Assembly: GCA_039189765.1 (NCBI GenBank)
Contig: JBCCYL010000002.1
Coordinates: forward strand, 96,001-160,000
From: Cyanobacteria bacterium P01_F01_bin.150
Lineage (GTDB): Bacteria; Cyanobacteriota; Cyanobacteriia; CAKZMO01
DNA: 64,000 nucleotides
Direction: 5' to 3'
The translations under genes and the position numbers were made by a program. A model generated the notes under the pieces. It had not been told where the DNA came from. It saw only the letters and a list, made by a program, of their open reading frames with translations, and did not search any database. This document shows positions 54,714 through 63,206 of the stretch, in pieces; positions within the stretch are counted from its first letter, which is position 1, and each line of letters opens with the position of its first letter.

Positions 54714-56681
54714 ATGTCAAACTTTCGTGCAGTGATTCTTACCGCACTTCCTGTTGAATTTGAGTCTGTGCGAGAGTTCTTGCCTAAGAGTGAGGAAGTT
54801 TGTCATCCAGCCGGAAACATTTATGAGCGTGGGGAGTTCCAAGGGAATCACTGCCTCTGGGATGTGGGCATTGCAGAAGTGGGAATGGGAGATGCGGGAG
54901 CTGCTTTTGAGACGGAACGAGCGATCTCTTTTTTTAATCCCGACGTTATTTTATTTGTGGGGGTTGCAGGTGGAATCAAAGATGTTGAGATTGGAGATGT
55001 CGTTGCGTCCACCAAAGTTTATAACTATGAGTCTGGAAAGGCGAAAGAAACGTTTAATCCCCGACCAGAGACAGGATTAAGCTCCTATGCACTGATTCAG
55101 CGGGCTATGGCAGAGCGCCGAAGTCGTGGTCAGGAGTGGCTGAGCCGTCTTAAATCTAAGCCCCAAAAACTGCCTAAGGTGAAGGTCGGGCCGATCGCTG
55201 CTGGAGAGAAAGTGATTGCCTCTAAGAAATCAGAGGTATATAAGCTTGTGGAAAAGCAATATGGTGATGCTCTGGCGGTTGATATGGAGGGGTATGGCTT
55301 TCTAAAGGCCGCTCATGCCAATGAACATCGAGCCGTGGCAATGGTGGTGCGGGGTATTTCTGATCTAATTGAGGGCAAGAACGATGAGGAGAATCAGGAA
55401 CCAGAAGACATTCGCCAAGAAAAAGCATCTCGACATGCCAGTGCATTTGCATTCCAGCTACTGGCAAATTTCACCCCGCAAGGAAGGTTAATTGAGGCTC
55501 CCTCAGAGGCTCAGCAGGTATCACCTCAACCTTGGGATTCGCTCTTCAACAGTTTTGATAATGTTGATCCTGAAAGGCTTCAAACGTTTGCATCTTGCTT
55601 GGAAGAGGTATTGCCGCCTTTACAACGAGATCTTTTCCCGGAATTGAGTCAGAAGACGACGATGAATCTTAAAACACTTCTTTCTGTAGTGGAGCGTCTT
55701 AATAGTGTAGAGCGTCTTGATAGTGTGGGTCTGCTTGTGAAATGGGTAGAGCTTATTGTGCGTGAGCCAGAAGAGCGATCTGATGATGAATTATCGGGAC
55801 TTGGTTTATCTGATTTACAAGCATGGTGCGACAAACATCGTCCTTCTGTTAGGGAGCCAGAGCCAGAGCCGGAGCCAGAGAGATTGGAGTATCTGCTGAT
55901 TACCCTGGAACCCAGGGATGATGACGATACAGTGTTTCTGACCGCAGAAATTCAGGCTACGAATGGCAAGTTACTCAGTAATAATCTTTTGCCTCCGGGT
56001 CAAAAATGTTCTATCGATGACCCATCTGAATCGTTATCTGAAGCCATTAATAAAGCGGGGAAAGTTAAAGCCGTTGAAATTTTCTTATCATGGCGGCATT
56101 TTCGCAAACCAATTCATGAGTGGAAAATCAATCGAGGTTTGGACGATATACATCTGAACGTGTTCAGAAATGTATTGCTGCGATCGCTTGATAGGTGTCT
56201 AGAAAAGAAATACAAGTATTTGGTAGCTGAATGGACCGAAAGGCTCCGTAGTCAGTGGGAACAACTACCCTCCTGTGAGAATCGGGTCTTAGAAGATTAT
56301 TGCCATAATGTGACGGCGTTGGATTTGGATTTTTTAAGGAGTACCTTGGTCCCAGAAGAATCTAAATATCTGATTTTGCACTTCTTGGATGAACTGCCAG
56401 AAGAACTTGACGAGTTAAGGAAGCTAGTTAGTATCTTAATGGAGTCAGGCATTCCTATCTGCTTATGGCCGCGTGATGAGCCGATTCAATCTGAGAGCGT
56501 TCCAGAATCCCTTGCAACACTTCTTTGCGATATGAACGTGCTGCGCCAGCCAAGCCGCTTGGCGGCTAGTATTCGAAAACTCGATACTCCTTTGTCAAAT
56601 TTAGGTTTACTATGCGAGTGTCCTTACCGATTACCTGGTTTGGTGGATTGGAAAAGTGGCCGTTTGCGCCAGCCTGCTTAG
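54714..56681 (+). CDS. N-terminal PNP/MTA-SAH nucleosidase domain fused to a VMAP-like C-terminal region
   Basis: ILTALPVE, FVGVAGG, GDVV, DMEG, VRGISD; C-terminal YLLITLEP...VEIFL...GIPICLWPR...LLCECPYRLP; directly upstream of MoxR. Confidence 0.8.
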   Translation: MSNFRAVILTALPVEFESVREFLPKSEEVCHPAGNIYERGEFQGNHCLWDVGIAEVGMGDAGAAFETERAISFFNPDVILFVGVAGGIKDVEIGDVVASTKVYNYESGKAKETFNPRPETGLSSYALIQRAMAERRSRGQEWLSRLKSKPQKLPKVKVGPIAAGEKVIASKKSEVYKLVEKQYGDALAVDMEGYGFLKAAHANEHRAVAMVVRGISDLIEGKNDEENQEPEDIRQEKASRHASAFAFQLLANFTPQGRLIEAPSEAQQVSPQPWDSLFNSFDNVDPERLQTFASCLEEVLPPLQRDLFPELSQKTTMNLKTLLSVVERLNSVERLDSVGLLVKWVELIVREPEERSDDELSGLGLSDLQAWCDKHRPSVREPEPEPEPERLEYLLITLEPRDDDDTVFLTAEIQATNGKLLSNNLLPPGQKCSIDDPSESLSEAINKAGKVKAVEIFLSWRHFRKPIHEWKINRGLDDIHLNVFRNVLLRSLDRCLEKKYKYLVAEWTERLRSQWEQLPSCENRVLEDYCHNVTALDLDFLRSTLVPEESKYLILHFLDELPEELDELRKLVSILMESGIPICLWPRDEPIQSESVPESLATLLCDMNVLRQPSRLAASIRKLDTPLSNLGLLCECPYRLPGLVDWKSGRLRQPA

Positions 56682-56703
56682 CCCTATATGTTTTGTAAGT
56701 TCT

Positions 56704-57918
56704 ATGTCTAACTGGAAATTTTTTACTGGTCAACTAAAGCAAGATAATACGCCTCGGCAATCTCCATTGGAGCCAATTGGGGAGCGACCGGCTTGGCGGC
56801 AGTTTATGGCTAAGGACGAGTTTGAAAAAACGTGGGCAAAGGCAAGTAAGGCTCGATGGAAGGCATTGCGGAGTGAGGGGCGACTGGACACGCGATCACG
56901 AGAAAAGGGGCAGAGCTTTCGGATTCGGCAAATGGATAATGGCCAGTCTGAGATTCAGACGGCGGTGAATTCGGCATTGGCTTTGCGGCGTCCACTATTG
57001 ATTACGGGCAATCCAGGGTCGGGGAAGACATCGTTGGCCTATGCGATCGCCTACGAACTCAATCTAGGCCCTGTCTTGCTATGGCCCATTACTACCCGCA
57101 CCAGGTTATCGGATGCGCTCTATCAGTATGATGCGATCGCCCGTTTGCAGGATACTCAGTTTGATAAGGCGGAACTGGAGTTACAACTGCTATTGGCGAA
57201 GGCGGACGATAAAACGCCAGATCGCACCAAAATCGAAGCGCTTAAAAAAGGCCGCAACCTGGGCGATTATATTCAGCTTGGGCCCGTGGGAACTGCGTTT
57301 CTGCCGTCCCATTTACCCCGTGTGTTGTTAATTGACGAGATTGACAAGAGCGAGTTAAACCTGCCCAATGATCTGCTGAATTTGTTTGAGGAAGGCAGCT
57401 ACAACATTCCAGAATTGGCCCGACAAAAGAGTAGTGCAAAGGTGTCGGTGCGGACGGCAGATGATGAGCTATCGGCGGATATTGTTAAGGGCAAGGTGAC
57501 CTGTTACGAATTTCCATTGGTTATTTTGACCAGTAATGGGGAACGGGACTTTCCTCCAGCGTTTCTGCGTCGCTGTTTGCGGATTAATATGCCTGACCCC
57601 ACGGAAAGTGATGTGCTGGAGCGTATTGTTGGGGCACACTTTGAATGCGCTGAACATCTGGAGGGAGAGCGTTCCTGGCCTGAATTAAAAGAGGATATTC
57701 GACCGCTGATTGAGGCGTTTGCTAAGGACCTTGGACGCAAGAAATCGTCTTTAGCGACGGATCAACTGCTGAATTTAATCTATATGGTGCGTCAGTCCCA
57801 AATTAGTGTCACTGAGGCCATGGGTGATGAGAGCCAGCACAAGGAAAAAACAGCGGAATTAGACACTCTCAAAGCCATCTTGCTGCGTCGTCTCACAGGG
57901 GAAGCGGGTCGCAAATGA
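56704..57918 (+). CDS. MoxR family AAA+ ATPase
   Basis: LRRPLLITGNPGSGKT, LLIDEIDK, TSNGERDFPPAFLRRC. Confidence 0.92.
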   Translation: MSNWKFFTGQLKQDNTPRQSPLEPIGERPAWRQFMAKDEFEKTWAKASKARWKALRSEGRLDTRSREKGQSFRIRQMDNGQSEIQTAVNSALALRRPLLITGNPGSGKTSLAYAIAYELNLGPVLLWPITTRTRLSDALYQYDAIARLQDTQFDKAELELQLLLAKADDKTPDRTKIEALKKGRNLGDYIQLGPVGTAFLPSHLPRVLLIDEIDKSELNLPNDLLNLFEEGSYNIPELARQKSSAKVSVRTADDELSADIVKGKVTCYEFPLVILTSNGERDFPPAFLRRCLRINMPDPTESDVLERIVGAHFECAEHLEGERSWPELKEDIRPLIEAFAKDLGRKKSSLATDQLLNLIYMVRQSQISVTEAMGDESQHKEKTAELDTLKAILLRRLTGEAGRK

Positions 57919-60854
57919 GCACAGAGCAGTTTGTCGCAGCATTGAGTGAGTGTGACCTCAATCCCACAGAGATCGCGGATATTCTCTGGCTAGCGCTGCG
58001 TCAACTGGATTCTGCTGAGCAATTTGGTGAGGATAAGACTAATGATGGCCAGGAGGATGGGGCTAGAGGCGATGATGGCCAGGAGGATGGGGCTGGAGAC
58101 GATGATGGCCAGGAGGATGAGGCTGGAGACGATGATGGCCAGGAGGATGAGGCTGGAGACGATGATAGCCAGGAGGATGGGGCTGAAGACGATGATGGCC
58201 AAAACGCTGTAGAAGATGGCGCGGCTGGTGGTGATCTTCCCCCTGGCGATGACGATGAAGAAGAGAGCGGAGAAGAAACCGGGGACGAGGATAAGGATGA
58301 CGGCTCTGACCAACAGTCGTCCTTTGATATTGCTGCACAGGATGCTTCGGGGGTCTTGCCAGAAAAAGCGGTCCCCATTTCGGTTCCTGATGCAGGTTTT
58401 CTAGAGGAAACGTTACCGCTGGTGCGGGCCTTGCGACCCATCCTAAAGCAAATTGCCTCTGAGACCGTTAGCTATGTGGATGAGGCGGCAACGGTGGATC
58501 GGATTGCGGAGACAAATATCTGGTCGCCGGTGCTGCAACCGGATTATGAACCGTGGTTTGATGTAGCCTTTGTAATCGATAGCAGTGCTTCCATGCATTT
58601 ATGGGAGCGGTTGATTCAGGATATTCAGCGGTTGTTGCGCTGCTATGGGTCATTTCGAGACTTTCGAGTTTGGCAGTTGAAGGTGACAGAAGGCCAGGTG
58701 GGTATTTGTGCGGTGCCGGATCAGGTTATGCGCCATCCAAGGGCGTTGCTTGCGCCGGATGGTCGTCGGCTGACGTTGGTGTTTAGTGACTGTACGGCGG
58801 AATATTGGTGGGATGGAACGCTTCAGCCGATGCTGGCCCTGTGGGGAGAGTCCATGCCGACATCAATTTGGCAGGTGCTGCCCGATTGGATGTGGAAGCG
58901 TACGGCGTTGGGGGTTGGGGAGTATGTGGCGATTCGAAATCGGATTCCTGGGGCGACAAATGGAGAGCTAAACCCGATCTTTTTATCATTACGTCCATCG
59001 ATTTTATCGCCAGCGGAGCCGTCTCAGGCGGCAGATAGTTTGGTTGGGGCTTCACCAGCTAAGCCGATTTGTGTGCCTGTGATTACTACGGAGTCCGAGT
59101 CCCTGAGTGCTTGGAGTCGAATGGTGGCAGGGGATCGGCGGTCGTCAACGCCGGGGTTTGTGTTGCCGGAGAGGGGCTGGGAGAAGGAGCGGCCAACGCC
59201 ATCAGATGATTTACAAGGGGATGCCGATCAGCAAGAGGTTGCAGACCAACAGTTGGAGCAATTTCGCTTACGAGCGACCCCTGAGGCCCGTCGATTGGCG
59301 GCGTTATTATCGGCTGCGCCGGTGATTACCTTGCCGATTATGCGGTTGATTCGAGCGTCCATGTTGTCTGGCACGTCTCCATTGCCGGTGGCTGAGGTCT
59401 TTTTAGGCGGGTTGTTAAAGCGGACATCCACCCCAGGGCAGACGCCAGATAAGCCGATAGATACTGAGCTGGTCCAGTATGATTTGCCGATTGAAACGCG
59501 GAATCGCCTGTTGGATGTGTTGCCAAAGGTGGAGGCGATTGAGGTGATCGAGGCGGTGTCCCAACATATTTCTGAGCAGTTGGGGCTGACTCTGATGGAT
59601 TTTCGGGCATTGCTGTTATCTCTTGACTTAAAACAGGAGGCGGATCAGTATGACCTAAAAGCGTTTGCCCGTGTGACGGCCCAGATTTTACGAAAGTTGG
59701 GGAAGGAGTATGCGGCCTTAGCGGACCAATTTGAGGTTCCTCTGGAGCCTGATATCCCTCGGACACAGAAATGGTTGGATCTGCCCCTGGAGGAGTTTGA
59801 GCACGAATCGGCTAGGCTTGTGGCTTTGCCTAGTGAGCCGAGGGCGATCGCCCTTACCATAGTTACGTTAAGCATTCAGCCAGACTATGCTGCGGGGCTG
59901 GAAGAGGTGGAAGACCGTCAGGCTGAAGTTGTGACGCTGGTGGTTGACGAAGCAGAGCAACCATCAGTATTTGATCAGTTAGAACCGTTTCCAATTCAGA
60001 TTGCAACGGTTGAACGTCAAGGGTCTGAGTGGGTGGTTAACTATACCGAATCAGAGGCCGATCGCTATATTGAGACCTTGCCAGGGGGAATTTCTTTGGA
60101 ATTAGCAAGGATTCCATCTGGGGGCTTTATGATGGGGGCACCAGAGGATGAACCAGAGCGCCATGGGCGGGAAACTCAGCATCGAGTGACGATCGCTTAT
60201 GACTTTTTGATGGGGCGCTATCCCGTGACTCAGGCTCAGTGGCGGGTGGTTGCATCCTCCCTGCCTCAGATTGTTCGGAATCTAAAACCAGCCCCATCTA
60301 AATTTAAAGAGGAGAAGCGTCCGGTTGAACGAGTCAGTTGGCATGAGGCGATAGAGTTTTGTAATCGCCTTAATCGCTATTTTGAGGGGCGCTCTATCCC
60401 GGAGGGGTACGAATATCGCTTACCGAGCGAAATTGAATGGGAATATGCCTGTCGTGCAGAAACCACTACTCCCTTTTATTTTGGGCCAATGATTACGACC
60501 GAGGTAGCAAATTATAGCGGTAGCTCCTATGACGATGGACCTACTGGAAAAAGGCGAGGAGAAACCACCCCAGTTACCGAGTTTAACCATGCCAATCAAT
60601 TTGGCCTATCGGATATGCATGGCAATGTTTGGGAATGGTGCTTAGATGAGTGGTGGCATCAGAATTACAGGGGTGCCACCCTCGATGGCAGTACGTGGCT
60701 AGAGAACACCCCACAAAGTAATAATAGGCATGTTAGGCGTGGCGGGTCTTGGATCTCTCGTCCGAGGTACTGTCGGTCTGCCTATCGTCTCCACGACCAC
60801 TCCGACCTTCGCTCCGACTCTCTTGGTTTTCGGGTTGTTCTCGCCCCTCAATGA
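57915..60854 (+). CDS. vWA (SAV_2336-like) protein with C-terminal FGE-sulfatase/CLec-fold domain
   Basis: EIADILWLA, VDEAATV, MIDAS DSSAS, VFSDC; C-terminal YRLPSEIEWEYACRA, DMHGNVWEW, RGGSW...GFRVV; ATGA overlap with MoxR stop. Confidence 0.88.
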   Translation: MSTEQFVAALSECDLNPTEIADILWLALRQLDSAEQFGEDKTNDGQEDGARGDDGQEDGAGDDDGQEDEAGDDDGQEDEAGDDDSQEDGAEDDDGQNAVEDGAAGGDLPPGDDDEEESGEETGDEDKDDGSDQQSSFDIAAQDASGVLPEKAVPISVPDAGFLEETLPLVRALRPILKQIASETVSYVDEAATVDRIAETNIWSPVLQPDYEPWFDVAFVIDSSASMHLWERLIQDIQRLLRCYGSFRDFRVWQLKVTEGQVGICAVPDQVMRHPRALLAPDGRRLTLVFSDCTAEYWWDGTLQPMLALWGESMPTSIWQVLPDWMWKRTALGVGEYVAIRNRIPGATNGELNPIFLSLRPSILSPAEPSQAADSLVGASPAKPICVPVITTESESLSAWSRMVAGDRRSSTPGFVLPERGWEKERPTPSDDLQGDADQQEVADQQLEQFRLRATPEARRLAALLSAAPVITLPIMRLIRASMLSGTSPLPVAEVFLGGLLKRTSTPGQTPDKPIDTELVQYDLPIETRNRLLDVLPKVEAIEVIEAVSQHISEQLGLTLMDFRALLLSLDLKQEADQYDLKAFARVTAQILRKLGKEYAALADQFEVPLEPDIPRTQKWLDLPLEEFEHESARLVALPSEPRAIALTIVTLSIQPDYAAGLEEVEDRQAEVVTLVVDEAEQPSVFDQLEPFPIQIATVERQGSEWVVNYTESEADRYIETLPGGISLELARIPSGGFMMGAPEDEPERHGRETQHRVTIAYDFLMGRYPVTQAQWRVVASSLPQIVRNLKPAPSKFKEEKRPVERVSWHEAIEFCNRLNRYFEGRSIPEGYEYRLPSEIEWEYACRAETTTPFYFGPMITTEVANYSGSSYDDGPTGKRRGETTPVTEFNHANQFGLSDMHGNVWEWCLDEWWHQNYRGATLDGSTWLENTPQSNNRHVRRGGSWISRPRYCRSAYRLHDHSDLRSDSLGFRVVLAPQ
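58041..58201 (+). repeat. 30-bp coding tandem repeat (DDGQEDGAGD), about 5.3 copies
   Basis: GATGATGGCCAGGAGGATG(G/A)GGCTGGAGAC units. Confidence 0.9.
60738..60854 (+). other. Putative DGR variable region VR-A
   Basis: 117-bp scaffold shared with the other FGE 3' ends; differences mainly at codon positions 1-2 of NNC/NNT codons. Confidence 0.75.
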
Positions 60855-60925
60855 CTCCTTTTGTAATTTGCCTTATTTCATTTTATTTTCTACATATAAA
60901 AATAATAAAATCTCATTGATTAGAA

Positions 60926-61762
60926 ATGGCGACATCCTCCAGTACGGCTCCTAGGAAAATTCGGGAAGAACGTGAGACGACGACGTTTCGGTTTGGGCAA
61001 GAGCGGTTGAATGATGAGGTTCTGCTGAATTTGGTGCGGATTCTGGCTGGGGGTTTCATTATGGGGTCGCCAGAGGGAGAAGAGGGGCGTTCTGATGCTG
61101 AAGGTCCTCAGCGCTTGGTGTCAGTGTCGGAGTTCTGGATGGGGCAGTATCCCGTGACTCAGCAAGAATGGCGGATTGTGGCTGGATATACCAAGGTTGA
61201 ACGAGATATGGAGCTTGACCCATCTCATTTTAAGGGAGGCCGTCGTCCGGTCGAGAGAGTATCCTGGGATGATGCGGTGGAGTTTTGTCAACGCCTCTCG
61301 CAGCATACAGGCCGTAACTACCGCTTACCTTCGGAAGCTGAATGGGAATATGCCTGTCGGGCGGAAACTAAGACCCCCTTTCATTTGGGTCTAACCCTTT
61401 CAGCCAAATACTCTAACTACGACGCCAGGGAAGTGTATGGTCTTGGGACACAGGGAGAATATCGAAGGGGAACTGTGGATGTAGATCACTTTCAGGTGAC
61501 CAATAACTTTGGATTGGTCGGGATGCATGGCAATGTGTGGGAATGGTGCCAGGACCACTGGCATGAAAGCTATAAGGGTGCCCCCCTCAATGGTAGTGCA
61601 TGGATGGAGAACACCTCACATAGTAAGAATAGGGACTGCGTATTTCGTGGCGGGGCTTGGTTAACTCGTCCGAGAGACTGTCGGTCTGCCTTTCGTGGCC
61701 ACAATCTTCCCGCCTATCGCCGCCGCAATCTCGGTTTTCGGGTAGTTCTCGCCCCCCAATGA
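60926..61762 (+). CDS. Stand-alone FGE-sulfatase/CLec-fold protein (putative DGR target; VR 61646-61762)
   Basis: FIMGS, YPVTQ, YRLPSEAEWEYACRA, MHGNVWEW, RGGAW...GFRVVLAPQ. Confidence 0.9.
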   Translation: MATSSSTAPRKIREERETTTFRFGQERLNDEVLLNLVRILAGGFIMGSPEGEEGRSDAEGPQRLVSVSEFWMGQYPVTQQEWRIVAGYTKVERDMELDPSHFKGGRRPVERVSWDDAVEFCQRLSQHTGRNYRLPSEAEWEYACRAETKTPFHLGLTLSAKYSNYDAREVYGLGTQGEYRRGTVDVDHFQVTNNFGLVGMHGNVWEWCQDHWHESYKGAPLNGSAWMENTSHSKNRDCVFRGGAWLTRPRDCRSAFRGHNLPAYRRRNLGFRVVLAPQ

Positions 61763-61799
61763 CTCCTTTGCTTTTTCTTTTTTGTCTTTTTGCCTTTGC

Positions 61800-61858
61800 C
61801 CCGGTGCCCAGACTCTGGCTCCCGGAGCATTCCCAGCCAGAGTCTGGGAATCAGGGGG
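61800..61858. repeat. REP-like palindromic repeat, short copy
   Basis: GGTGCCCAGACTCTGGCT ... CATTCCCAGCCAGAGTCTGGGAAT. Confidence 0.65.
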
Positions 61859-61878
61859 ATCAGAGGGGCGGCTGAGGA

Positions 61879-62007
61879 TCAGGCATCAAGCAAGTCAAAC
61901 AGAATCTGCACCAGTTTAGGAGCGCTAAAAATTGGAATCCATTTGGTGGTTGTGCAGGTGACAAAGTGGGGCTGGTTGCCCACAGTCCGATATTGAGAAC
62001 GATCCAT
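61879..62007 (-). pseudogene. Truncated REP-associated tyrosine transposase (RAYT) N-terminal fragment
   Basis: MDRSQYRTVGNQPHFVTCTTTKWIPIFSAPKLVQILFDLL resembles RAYT N-termini (HF.TCT...W.P.F); stops before the HUH motif; flanked by REP-like repeats. Confidence 0.65.
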
Positions 62008-62099
62008 ACTGAAGATTAAATAATGTGGTCTTAACGTTCCCAATTGAATTGGAAGATTGCATACTGAAAGGCAGATATGTTCGCATTCCTCCAGTCCAC

Positions 62100-62210
62100 C
62101 CTGGTGCCCAGACTCCGGCTGGGTGCAATGGACGAGACTCTGGCTCGTCTGCCTTTGTTTTTGGAGCCGGAGTCTCCAAGAGGATTCCCAGCTAGAGTCT
62201 GGGAATGAGG
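62100..62210. repeat. REP-like palindromic repeat, long copy
   Basis: GGTGCCCAGACTCCGGCTGGG...GAGACTCTGGCTC...GAGCCGGAGTCTC...TTCCCAGCTAGAGTCTGGGAAT nested inverted repeats. Confidence 0.65.
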
Positions 62211-62248
62211 TGTGTAAGAGTTGTAAGTTGATTGGAGTATTCCCTTCA

Positions 62249-63100
62249 ATGGTTGTTTTCATCCCCAAAAAACGAACGCACACCGACCAGCGCTTTTTTG
62301 AAGCCTTGGGGAATAACCAACGATTGGAAATGGTGTTAATTCAGGAGGGAACCTTTACGATGGGATCTCCTGATAATGAGGAAAAACGCAGAGATGCGGA
62401 AGGTCCACAGCGTGAGGTAACGGTTTCAACTTTTCTGATGGGCCGTTATCCCGTGACCCAATCCCAGTGGCGGCAAGTGTCTAAATTTGACCCCGTTGAC
62501 CCGGATATTGAATTTCCCCCTAATCCATCTCGCTTCAAGAATAAGCAAGATAGCGATCATCGTCCGGTGGAGCAGGTGAATTGGCATCAGGCCAATGAGT
62601 TCTGTGCTCGCCTCAATCAGTTTCTTGAATCCCGCTCCAGCACTCCATTGAATCGAGCCTATCGCTTACCGTCCGAAGCAGAGTGGGAATATGCTTGTCG
62701 AGCTGGAACTACCACTCCTTTTTATTGCGGCGAAACCATCTCCACAGACGTCGCCAATTATGATGGCAACTACACCTACGGTAGAGGGCCAAAAGGCCGA
62801 TATCGAGAAGAAACTACCCCTGTCGGCTCTTTGGAGTCTGGCAATTCCTGGGGACCGTGTGATATGCATGGCAATGTTTGGGAATGGTGCCAAGACCACT
62901 GGCATGAAAATTACAAGTATGCCCCCCTCGATGGCAGTGCATGGCTGGAGAACACCCCACAAAGTGAGAATAGGCGGGTGAACCGTGGCGGGTCTTGGCT
63001 CGCTCGTCCATGGTTCTGTCGGTCTGCCTGTCGCAACCGCTACCACCCCGACGGTCGCGACGCCTATCTTGGTTTTCGTGTTGTTCTCGCCCCCCAATGA
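62249..63100 (+). CDS. Stand-alone FGE-sulfatase/CLec-fold protein (putative DGR target; VR 62984-63100)
   Basis: Likely start MVVFIPKKR after GGAG; FTMGS, YRLPSEAEWEYACRA, RGGSW...GFRVVLAPQ. Confidence 0.9.
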   Translation: MVVFIPKKRTHTDQRFFEALGNNQRLEMVLIQEGTFTMGSPDNEEKRRDAEGPQREVTVSTFLMGRYPVTQSQWRQVSKFDPVDPDIEFPPNPSRFKNKQDSDHRPVEQVNWHQANEFCARLNQFLESRSSTPLNRAYRLPSEAEWEYACRAGTTTPFYCGETISTDVANYDGNYTYGRGPKGRYREETTPVGSLESGNSWGPCDMHGNVWEWCQDHWHENYKYAPLDGSAWLENTPQSENRRVNRGGSWLARPWFCRSACRNRYHPDGRDAYLGFRVVLAPQ

Positions 63101-63206
63101 TTCCCCTTTGCCATCTGCTTTTTTGCCTTTCGCTTTCTTCAAGAAATATTCAGTTAAACCTTTCGATAAATTAACTAGAAATTATTCAGAGTAAAATCCT
63201 TCGCCG

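Noticed and set aside
57990..58441. Repetitive antisense and alternate-frame ORFs over the vWA repeat (likewise at 30414-30721)
   Set aside because: By-products of stop-free tandem repeats in the real gene.
62057..62248. N-terminal extension of the 347-aa ORF
   Set aside because: It translates the REP-like repeat; the ATG at 62249 with upstream GGAG matches the paralogue lengths.
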